From Spirochaetia bacterium (GTDB lineage: Bacteria > Spirochaetota > Spirochaetia > CAKZLE01), in assembly GCA_963677595.1 (NCBI GenBank), contig OY782041.1, forward strand, positions 928,001 to 992,000: 64,000 nucleotides of DNA, read 5' to 3'. Shown piece after piece: positions 27,626 to 36,314 of this stretch. Below the pieces are notes generated by a model, which was not told the DNA's origin, did not search any database, and saw nothing but the letters and a program-made list of their open reading frames with translations. The position numbers and the translations under genes are program-made. How positions within the stretch are numbered: position 1 is the first letter of the stretch; each line of letters begins with the position of its first letter.

Positions 27626-30600
27626 TCAGATCACCTGGTGCAGGTACCGTTCGGCTATGATGTAGTCCTCTGTACCTTTCGAAAAGTCTGCATCCTCAGC
27701 GAGCAGCCTGCCCATGACCTCTTCGACCGAGAGTTCTGTATCGCTGTTGACGAAATCGCTCTTCTCCAGCCAATCGATGAGATCTGGTTTCACTTTACCC
27801 CTCAGGTTCTTGATCTCGCCCTGCTCCAAGGCCTCGAGCAGCAGGTTCCCGTCATAGTCATGCTCTGCCAGGAACTCTACTATCTGGGTCCAGTAGGCTG
27901 CTGAAGTGTTCACCTTCACATCGCTGTCTTCCAGGTCACTGACGGCAAGGGGCCTGCTCCTGCCGATCTGGGCTGTACGCTGGGCAGCCTGCAGGATCTC
28001 CAACCGCCGCTTCAAGCCGGGGTCGGTCACAGGCAGCTGCCCTGCCTGGATCCTTCCCTGCTCCATGTAGGTGAAGAGATCGCTCCCTTGCGTGAACAGG
28101 TACCAGCTGTGCAGTCCCTGGATCGGATCCCAGAGAACGGCACCGGGGACCATGAGCTTGCTGCCATAAGCCTGGTAGTCATCGACGGGTTCCGGTACGG
28201 GGGTATCGGTAGTCGTGTAGGCTACCAGAGGCTTTGCCTCTGCTGTATGGACCTTGAAGAGTTCGCTCAAGGCTACCTCATGGAAGACCTCAGCCGCATG
28301 CTGCCTGAACTTCTCGACCTCATCACCCTGTGCGGTGAAGTAGAAGACCTGCCGTTCGGAGGCGATCTCCTTCACAGCATGGATGACCTTTAATGCCCTC
28401 TCGTCATCGGTGTTGGCAAGGAGTTCATCCATGAAGATCGGCAGCCTGATGCCGCTGGTTATCTCCTGCACGGTGATGAATCCCATCCGCACGGCGAACA
28501 GGAGCTGGATCCGTGTTCCGTCCGAGAGTTCTTCAAGGGAGAGTGGCTCATTGTTTACCATATCGAAGGCGAAGAAGTCATCCTTGTTTACACGAAGCTG
28601 GTACCGGTTGGACGTGATCCGCTCTAGCCAGTGACTTGCCTGCTTCAGCACCTCAGGCACTGCCTCATGTGAGGACTCTTTCTCCAGCATCGCTGCCATG
28701 ATACCGACTGCACGGCCAAGTACCTGCTGCTTCCTCGTCCTCTCAAGGTCCTGCAGTGCCCTCCGGTACCGTACTTCAGCCTCTGCCAGGCTCGAGCCCT
28801 CGATCAGGTGTTCATAGGAGCTTATCAGCTTCCCTTTCTTCTCTTTCTTTTCATCAAGGTCTGCAAGTTCTTCTTGGAGAACCTCTATCTTCTCTTCGAT
28901 CTCAGCTAACGTAGATGCTTCACAGACAGCATAGGCTTCAGGATTCTGTGCCTTCCGCTTCTCAATATCGTCCTGCTTGGTTCGTAGCGTCAGGTTGACT
29001 GCATCCCAGGATTCCCTTTTCCCCGCTAGCTCTTTCAGGGCATATTCATCAGTGGATTCAAACCCGGTCTCTTTCCAGAAGGCTGCCAATTCAGCCTCTA
29101 CCGCTGCTATATCCTTGATGCAGGAAGTCAGCTCTTTCTTATTGTTCTCGATCTCTATGATCAGGTTTCTGGCACGTTCTATCCTGGAGGCGAGGTTCTT
29201 AGCCTCGCCCTTCAGGAGGAATACTTGATCCTCATCACTGCCCAAGACAGCCTTCAGATCACTGCGTACTGAATCCAGCTTGGTAGAAGCTGTTTCATGA
29301 CCTGCTCCCGCAGCTTTAACGGCTTCTACGAGATCTATCCATTTCAGTAGATGCGGGGAGTACTGGAAGAAGAGTGAATTCTCCAGATGGGGATTGCCAG
29401 GATCCAGTCCGATTTCTTTGCAGGCAGCTTCCCACTGGTCATAGAGACCTGAAAGGTCACTCTTAGCCTGTTCCAGTGATTTGCCAACCTTACTTCGTTC
29501 TTTGTTCCTGTCTATGGTCTCTTTGGTATTCCTGATCCGAGCCTCGATCTCACCGAGGAGGTCAGAAAGAACACCGAGCTCCAGCTCATTGACAGGTTCG
29601 AACCCGCAAGGTCCCAGTTCCTCATTGAGGTCATTCAGCTTCTTTTTCAGGTTTTCTTCATCCTGGTTGGTGGAGGTGCCTGCCGTCCTGGACGGAAGCA
29701 GGAAGTAGAGCCCTGCCGGGATGCCGATCGCCAGGAGGAACAATAGGGGGTGCAGCGTGATCCCAAGGATAAGGGCTATGGCGGTAACTCCTGCAGAGAA
29801 GGGTATCGCTCGTATCTTCGCCTTCGGGTCAGCTTCCCCGCCCTTCTTCAAAGACTCGAATGCGATATACTGCTTGATCAGGTCCTTCAGGTGAGTCCTG
29901 AGTTCTGCGAACGAGTCCGGGTCTTTGGCAACCTCCTCGGCTTCCCCGAGCAGGTCTGCATAATCTCTCTGTGCGGAGAGCCTGCACCGTACCGGTTCGA
30001 AGCTCATGGAAAGCTTCTTCAGCAAACCCACTGCTGAAGCCAGCCTGGACCGTTCAGGGGCTTCCGGGATAATCCATGTATGCTCCTGCTCCCAGAGCTT
30101 CAGGGAGCCTTCCGCTTTTCTGAACTCCTTGAATGCGGTCTCCTTCTCCCTGGAACTCTCATCCAGGTTCGTGGAGAGTTCAGTAAGCTGCTCGATGATG
30201 GAATGGTCGTTGAGGTGACCTTCAGAGACTGCACAGTCCTCAAGCTGGGAGGTCTTACGGTCTATTTCTGCTTCCAGCCTGCTCTTGGTAGCGTTCTTAT
30301 CATCGAGGCTTCCCTGCAGCTGCTCGAACTTCTGATAGGAGTAGGTGGTCACCCCGGATATTCGCCCATCGTACAGGGAGAGCTTCTGCTCTTCCTCTTC
30401 GATCTCCGAGAGGGTCTTGCGCATCATGGAGGCAGCTTCCAGCAGCTTTGTCTGGTCCCTCAACCCTTGCTCTTCAGCAAGTGTATCGGTCAATGCCCTG
30501 ATATCAGCGGAGAGGGCGTTCACCTCGCCCTGGCCTTGTCTCTTCTCCCGCAGGTCCTTCTTTGCCTTGTTCGCGGTCTTCGTCACCTGCTGATTGCTCT

Positions 30601-31069
30601 GGGAGAACTTCGGTATGGCCCCGGCTTCCTCTGCTGCCTTTGCAATATCCACCCCGCCCTGCATCTCGCTGTAGACGATCTTGTGGAAGGGTTTGGTCCT
30701 GTCATCTGCCTTGAGGAAATCGCTCAGGGAGAACCAGTAGATATCGGCCATCTCGTCATTGCGTCCAGGCAGCTGCATCTGCTGGTTATCCGCAAGCCGT
30801 GTCTGCACCAGGGTATGCCGCTGGATAGCAGCACTCCACTGCTCGCCTTCTGTCTCGATGGCGGCCCGGGCTTCCAGGCTCTCCGGGCTATGCGTCTTCC
30901 AGACGAGGGAACGGAGGGTCTGCCCCAGGGTGGTCTTCCCGATCCCATTCGGTCCCCAGATGACATTCAGGGCTGCGGAGAGTCCCTTGACCTCAGGGAA
31001 TCTCCCACGGAGGAATCCAGGGGCTCGCTCTACTGTCACGTCCTTGACTGTATACTGTTTACTCATCAT
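27626..31069 (-). CDS. YhaN/SbcC-like coiled-coil ATPase
   Basis: GPNGIGKTT, long coiled coils with central TM hairpin, LSDGT signature, IFMDE. Confidence 0.88.
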   Translation of the reverse strand: MMSKQYTVKDVTVERAPGFLRGRFPEVKGLSAALNVIWGPNGIGKTTLGQTLRSLVWKTHSPESLEARAAIETEGEQWSAAIQRHTLVQTRLADNQQMQLPGRNDEMADIYWFSLSDFLKADDRTKPFHKIVYSEMQGGVDIAKAAEEAGAIPKFSQSNQQVTKTANKAKKDLREKRQGQGEVNALSADIRALTDTLAEEQGLRDQTKLLEAASMMRKTLSEIEEEEQKLSLYDGRISGVTTYSYQKFEQLQGSLDDKNATKSRLEAEIDRKTSQLEDCAVSEGHLNDHSIIEQLTELSTNLDESSREKETAFKEFRKAEGSLKLWEQEHTWIIPEAPERSRLASAVGLLKKLSMSFEPVRCRLSAQRDYADLLGEAEEVAKDPDSFAELRTHLKDLIKQYIAFESLKKGGEADPKAKIRAIPFSAGVTAIALILGITLHPLLFLLAIGIPAGLYFLLPSRTAGTSTNQDEENLKKKLNDLNEELGPCGFEPVNELELGVLSDLLGEIEARIRNTKETIDRNKERSKVGKSLEQAKSDLSGLYDQWEAACKEIGLDPGNPHLENSLFFQYSPHLLKWIDLVEAVKAAGAGHETASTKLDSVRSDLKAVLGSDEDQVFLLKGEAKNLASRIERARNLIIEIENNKKELTSCIKDIAAVEAELAAFWKETGFESTDEYALKELAGKRESWDAVNLTLRTKQDDIEKRKAQNPEAYAVCEASTLAEIEEKIEVLQEELADLDEKKEKKGKLISSYEHLIEGSSLAEAEVRYRRALQDLERTRKQQVLGRAVGIMAAMLEKESSHEAVPEVLKQASHWLERITSNRYQLRVNKDDFFAFDMVNNEPLSLEELSDGTRIQLLFAVRMGFITVQEITSGIRLPIFMDELLANTDDERALKVIHAVKEIASERQVFYFTAQGDEVEKFRQHAAEVFHEVALSELFKVHTAEAKPLVAYTTTDTPVPEPVDDYQAYGSKLMVPGAVLWDPIQGLHSWYLFTQGSDLFTYMEQGRIQAGQLPVTDPGLKRRLEILQAAQRTAQIGRSRPLAVSDLEDSDVKVNTSAAYWTQIVEFLAEHDYDGNLLLEALEQGEIKNLRGKVKPDLIDWLEKSDFVNSDTELSVEEVMGRLLAEDADFSKGTEDYIIAERYLHQVI

Positions 31070-32297
31070 TCGCTCCCTGTGCGGCCATGCTCCGCAGCAG
31101 CTTCATCCCTGCCCTTCGGATCAGTTCTCTGGTGTCCATGCTCTCGTCAGGATCATCAAGCTCCTGTACCAGGGAGAATGCCTTTGTTCTCATGCTCTCT
31201 TCTTTCATCCGCTCCATCTCTGCGATGAGTTTCTCATCCGCTCCGATATCGAGGAGCTTTCGGGCAAGGAGGGCCTTGGGCCCTACGCCCTGTGCGAGCT
31301 CCTCGAGGTCGAGCTCCAGGCTCGTCTTATCATCGTAGTCAGGCAGGGGCGAGAGCTCTATACCATTCATCTCGGGGAACTCCCAGGCGGCGAGCTGCTC
31401 GCCTGTGAGCGACTGCAGGTCGAATGCCGGGGAGACGATCCCGGTGAAGGTGAGCTTGCAGTAGAGCTTCCCGCTGAACTGCTCGTCTGCCGCCCTGTCG
31501 GCATACCCCTGCAGCCCATCCTGGATATAGCCGGTTATCGTATCCTGGGTCACCGCTGTGTCCAGCGGGATCTCGCACTCCTCGAACCGGTACGGGCAGA
31601 GCTGGATGAACCGTGGGCTTCCCCAGGCGCCAGCCTGCGATTCCAGCAGCCAGGCCCCATGGGGGCCGCATTCACTGCTGTCCAGGGCCATGGGAGACCC
31701 GCAGTAGAGGTAATCGTCCGTCAGCTTATGTTTATGGATATGTCCCAGTACCCACAGTGCCTGTGAGCTGTTCTGGAACCTGTTCGCCGGTACCGGGGCA
31801 TACCGGTCCGAAGAGACCTTCCCGTCAACATTGCAGTGGAGCAGCCCCAAGACGGGACCCGGGGCATCCAGGAGCCCTGGATCGAAGTCCTTAGCGAAGG
31901 GGTCTGAATTGTGTGTTGCGGAGGGGAAGGACCAGCCGACGAACCGGGTCCCGGCTATGTCGAGAGATTCCCATCTCCCGCCCAGGCCGAGGATATGGAC
32001 CGAAGGCGCCTCCGCCGCCAGGCGGGGGAAGACCTTATGGTCATGGTTCCCGGCTACCGTGACGATTGCGATCCCCTGCTCCTCCAGTTTCCTGACCTGC
32101 TTCAGCAGCGGCCCGTAGGCCTCGAACCAGGCATCATCCTGGTCGATCACGTCGCCGGCAATGGCGAGCACATCGACTCGCTCACGGATGGCAGTCTCCA
32201 CTACCGCATCCCATGCGGCAGAGTTCGTGAGGGTTGTTGAGCTGGGGATAGCGGGGATCCTCCCCAGGTGGATATCGGCACAAGCTAAGATTTTCAT
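31059..32297 (-). CDS. YhaO/SbcD/Mre11-like metallophosphoesterase nuclease
   Basis: ADIHLG, AGDVID, GNHD, LLH, LGHIH. Confidence 0.92.
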   Translation of the reverse strand: MKILACADIHLGRIPAIPSSTTLTNSAAWDAVVETAIRERVDVLAIAGDVIDQDDAWFEAYGPLLKQVRKLEEQGIAIVTVAGNHDHKVFPRLAAEAPSVHILGLGGRWESLDIAGTRFVGWSFPSATHNSDPFAKDFDPGLLDAPGPVLGLLHCNVDGKVSSDRYAPVPANRFQNSSQALWVLGHIHKHKLTDDYLYCGSPMALDSSECGPHGAWLLESQAGAWGSPRFIQLCPYRFEECEIPLDTAVTQDTITGYIQDGLQGYADRAADEQFSGKLYCKLTFTGIVSPAFDLQSLTGEQLAAWEFPEMNGIELSPLPDYDDKTSLELDLEELAQGVGPKALLARKLLDIGADEKLIAEMERMKEESMRTKAFSLVQELDDPDESMDTRELIRRAGMKLLRSMAAQGANDE

Positions 32298-32386
32298 GGA
32301 CTGGAATGCTCCTTCTTAGGGATCTTCTTACACATACTATCATGAATCATGGGTTATGTAAGGATGAGAGAAACGCCATCCAGGGT

Positions 32387-34558
32387 TCAATACTCCAGGG
32401 AGGCCATCCCATCCTCATAATCGTGGTAGACATCGAGGAACTCGTTGATCAGGGGCTGCTGGGCATTGTACAGGCTGAATACCTGGAGGTTATCTATGCA
32501 CCTGGTCATGGAGACATACAGCAGCCTCCGTGTCGAGTTCTCGGCTGTTGCCTGGTCAAGTCTCGTTGAGACCGTGACTTCCGGGATGAACAGCATCACT
32601 ACCGGGAACTCCACTCCCTTTGCTGAATGGATGGTCGATATCCTGATGCCGTCATCCTTCCTGAAATCGAAATCCCTGGCCTTGATCTCCTTGTATGCAA
32701 GACCTGCCTTCTCCAAGGCCCCCTTGGTCCTGGCAAGCAGGTCCTTCGAGGGGACGAGGACCGCGAGGTTCTCAGGCTCGTATCCCAAGGTCTCCAGAAA
32801 GAACTGAATCCGTTTCATCAAGACCGGGAACAGAGCCGTTACGGAGTCTTCCAGCCAGAGTTCCGGGGAGGGACCATCGCGGAAGGTATCCGCAGATGCA
32901 TCCTGGGCTGCTGCCGGGATCTCTCCAGGCAATAGCCTGAACCGGTACATCTCAGCAAGATGATGGATCTGACGCGTATTCCGGTAATTCAGAAGGAGTG
33001 TAGAGGCATGCCCTATGATGTTCACCCCGAGCTTCTGGAAGGAGAACCCAGCCTGGTATATTGCCTGGGTCTCATCCCCGGCCATGACCAGCCCCTCTTC
33101 TGAAAGCATGGAAAGCAGCTGGATACCTACAGGGGACAGGTCCTGGACCTCATCAAGGTAGATCCGCTTCACGGAGAGCTCTGATGCAAGGCTGGGGTCC
33201 TGCTGCAGGGCTTGCAGCAGGACCAGCCTGCTGTAGCCTTTTGAGAATCCCTTCTTCTCATCCATCTCTTCCCTGAGCTTCAGTGCAAGTTCCCAGACCG
33301 CTTCCTTCTGGTTCCTCGAAAGAGCCTTCTTCATCCCTGCCCGAACTCCCGGCACCAGGATATAATCATCATGTGAGGTATCCCGCCCAAAGATCGCGGT
33401 CTCGAGTTCCGCGTTCAACTCTTTCCCTGTCAGGAACGGCAGGGTATCATCCGTGATGCGGTTATCGAGGAAATGGTAATCTATGGAATAGCCAGGATCG
33501 ATCCTCTTCAGTCGTTCCAGGAAGAAGTCATCCACTGTCTTGACCTGGAATTCTGGCTCCCCATCTGCGAACAGTGCAGCCAGGTAGCTGTTGAAATGGA
33601 CGAGTGCATTCGTGTAGGTCAGGAGATACCGTTCGGCTCCGGCACTGAAGTCAAACTGCTCCTTGGCGGCCTTCTGATGGGAGAGCAATGCATGGAGCAG
33701 CACCAGGGTCTTGCCGGTACCGGCACTTCCCTTCACCAGGTAATCGCCGAAATCCCTGATCCTGCTGCTGATCCGCAGCTGTTCAGGGGTCAGCCGCATC
33801 AGGGCCCGCTCGTAATCATACCTGGACCTGGTGTAGAAGGTGAACCGTTCCATGTAGGTCAGGTAGTCTTCCTTGAACCGGAGTTCTTCAAGCTCCCTGT
33901 CAAGCTGCTGCTTCTTCTCCCTGACATCGAAGAGGTCCTTCCTGAGTTTGTCTTGTTTATCATGCTGCTTCTGGAGTTTCAGCTCCATGGTATGTAATGT
34001 GTCAGACCTCTCTTTCAGCTCTGCTCTCAGACGTTCCAGTTCGTCACGGCTCACGGTCTGCTCAGCCAGGGCACGTTTCAGTTCCTGGTTCTCCTCCAAG
34101 GCCTGCTGCATCTGCTGTCGGAGATGATACAGTCTCTGGTGATCTTCCACAGGATTGAACTTGTCATCCCATGCAGCACGGAATCCCCGAAAGGTATCAA
34201 GTTTCGGGTCAGACCAGTCCACGAACATGCAGAAGTTGATGAACTCGCTGGTCATGGAGATCGCCTCATGCTTGGTAAGCTCCTTGAACTGGTGGCGTAC
34301 CCCGTTGGTGAGATGGTGCCCGCCGGAAAGCTGAAACAGCAGTCTGGAATAGGAGTGCTGTTCAGGAGTTATCTGCTCAAAGAACAGTCGCAGCTTGTCA
34401 CTGAACTTCTCGGTAAGAAAGGCAATCTGCGGGTCCTTCATGCAGATGTAGCACTCTATCCAGGAGAAGAGGGAGAGGACATAGAACCCCTCATCAACCC
34501 CGTAGAGGTTGATGATGCGGTCAAGGTTCATTGACAGTTCGGTTCTCTGTTCTTCCAT
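32387..34558 (-). CDS. UvrD-like SF1 helicase with N-terminal helical (HEPN-like) and coiled-coil domains
   Basis: GSAGTGKT, LDEVQD, AGDETQAIY, NYRNT, TIHSAKGVEF, LYVSMTR. Confidence 0.88.
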   Translation of the reverse strand: MEEQRTELSMNLDRIINLYGVDEGFYVLSLFSWIECYICMKDPQIAFLTEKFSDKLRLFFEQITPEQHSYSRLLFQLSGGHHLTNGVRHQFKELTKHEAISMTSEFINFCMFVDWSDPKLDTFRGFRAAWDDKFNPVEDHQRLYHLRQQMQQALEENQELKRALAEQTVSRDELERLRAELKERSDTLHTMELKLQKQHDKQDKLRKDLFDVREKKQQLDRELEELRFKEDYLTYMERFTFYTRSRYDYERALMRLTPEQLRISSRIRDFGDYLVKGSAGTGKTLVLLHALLSHQKAAKEQFDFSAGAERYLLTYTNALVHFNSYLAALFADGEPEFQVKTVDDFFLERLKRIDPGYSIDYHFLDNRITDDTLPFLTGKELNAELETAIFGRDTSHDDYILVPGVRAGMKKALSRNQKEAVWELALKLREEMDEKKGFSKGYSRLVLLQALQQDPSLASELSVKRIYLDEVQDLSPVGIQLLSMLSEEGLVMAGDETQAIYQAGFSFQKLGVNIIGHASTLLLNYRNTRQIHHLAEMYRFRLLPGEIPAAAQDASADTFRDGPSPELWLEDSVTALFPVLMKRIQFFLETLGYEPENLAVLVPSKDLLARTKGALEKAGLAYKEIKARDFDFRKDDGIRISTIHSAKGVEFPVVMLFIPEVTVSTRLDQATAENSTRRLLYVSMTRCIDNLQVFSLYNAQQPLINEFLDVYHDYEDGMASLEY

Positions 34559-34913
34559 ACGCTGCTTCTCCTCACACACCAAGATCTATCATTATCCATT
34601 ACTCAGTATCATCATAGCATAAATAGACAGGCAGCGTCAGCGATTATGAAGGAATGTCGTATTGGCGATTTACTTTTAGCATGTGAGCATGCTATGATTC
34701 CTCTATCAATGAGTAAATAGTCCGTATACGCAACTCGGGATCTGCATGTGCATGAGGGTAACGGGATGACTGTGTTCACAGGCCATCCATGAACATCCTC
34801 ATCCTTACTGACCTCGCTGCTTTCATGGCATGGTCGGCTTTCTACCGGCTGTGATCGTCTCAACCCGTAAGTCTCTTGAGGGGTCTTCCTTCAAGAGGGA
34901 AGGAGCTGCTTAC

Positions 34914-36242
34914 ATGCGAAGAACGATATGTATACTGGTGCTGGCGGCAATGGTCATGACGCTCATGACCGGCTGTGATGCTTTTGGCCTATTCGGAGGA
35001 TCCGGGACCGGTTCCTTCAAGATCGACGGGGTACTCAAGGCAGGCACTGACCGCGAGGTTACCGATACCCAGCTGGAATTATGGGTGATGCCGCTGTATA
35101 CGGGAAGCGATGAACCTATCGCCCATTCCAGTGTCTATGAGTTGAGGAAATATCAGGCGGCAGAAGACGGCAGCTATGCTATACCGATGGAGGAGATCCC
35201 CAATACGGCATTCGTCATCTTCATCGTTGAGACCAACGAGACTGCCGTCTATGACGTACTCGGATTCCTCAGCTTGAGTGTCGATGAGGCTGAAGCACTC
35301 TCGACCTTCCCGAATCCTGAAGAGATCATCGATACCGTCGAGTTCGGTATAGTGGAGCTTATGGGCGATAGTAGCTATTCCAGTTTCTCCGACAACACGC
35401 TCACTGACAACAGGAGTGCATTCACCTCTGCAACCTTCGATGAACTCCATGAGAACGTGGTCCTTCACAATACCGGGCAGATGGCACTGAACATCCTGCT
35501 GAACACCAACCCAGATCCGGAAGTGAACGACTATTACGCGATCGACCTGAGAATGTCCTATCGCACCCAACTTGGAAGTTCCGTCCAAAACTCAGCGCAG
35601 GTCGACTGGGCTTCCGACGTGAAACTGAGGATATACTCCAGTGATTCCACTTCAAAGGCTTCGTTATTCACCCCGGACGGGACCAACCTTAAGGGGGCTG
35701 GCGTGTTTGTAGACCCGTACGGGGAACAGAGTGCCGTCCAATACGAATTCCCCATCTCGTTCGAGAACTTCAAGACCCATGCCCAGCCTGGACAGTTCTG
35801 GGAACTGCGGGATGACAGCGGCACGGTCCTGGCAAGCTTCGACATGTCCGTTGCCATGCTGCTCGATGACCAGGATTACCCGATCATCCCGATCACCGAA
35901 CCCACCTATACCTTGGATGAGGGAGGTACTGTCATCGATACGGTGGACTTCAACTGGTTCTACTTCGAATCGGACGGTACCACGAAACACGAACTGACTG
36001 ATCCTGTTGTACTGGAAGAGATCATCGGGAAAACGGAGTTCTATCTCCAGACTGACACGACTGACCCAGTAGTCACCTATATGTATCGGGACCCGGGAGA
36101 AGGAGGTATGGGAGGCATGGAGGGAGATGTGGCGACCGCCTACTCCTTCAGCCCGGTCCTGACCGAAGCAGCATTCCAGAACGTGTCATTCGGGTACCGC
36201 TTCACCCTGTTCAGGTGCTCCACATCGTGGTGGGAAAACTGA
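34914..36242 (+). CDS. Acidic lipoprotein of unknown function
   Basis: RBS AAGGAG; MRRTICILVLAAMVMTLMTG-C lipobox. Confidence 0.8.
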   Translation: MRRTICILVLAAMVMTLMTGCDAFGLFGGSGTGSFKIDGVLKAGTDREVTDTQLELWVMPLYTGSDEPIAHSSVYELRKYQAAEDGSYAIPMEEIPNTAFVIFIVETNETAVYDVLGFLSLSVDEAEALSTFPNPEEIIDTVEFGIVELMGDSSYSSFSDNTLTDNRSAFTSATFDELHENVVLHNTGQMALNILLNTNPDPEVNDYYAIDLRMSYRTQLGSSVQNSAQVDWASDVKLRIYSSDSTSKASLFTPDGTNLKGAGVFVDPYGEQSAVQYEFPISFENFKTHAQPGQFWELRDDSGTVLASFDMSVAMLLDDQDYPIIPITEPTYTLDEGGTVIDTVDFNWFYFESDGTTKHELTDPVVLEEIIGKTEFYLQTDTTDPVVTYMYRDPGEGGMGGMEGDVATAYSFSPVLTEAAFQNVSFGYRFTLFRCSTSWWEN

Positions 36243-36267
36243 GATTCAAGCTGAATGTGCATCACTG

Positions 36268-36292
36268 ATCCCCCGTAATGACAGCGGGGGAT
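36268..36292. terminator. Hairpin between convergent genes
   Basis: atcccccg...cgggggat. Confidence 0.5.
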
Positions 36293-36314
36293 TCCTATTT
36301 CTAGGCTCTGAGTA

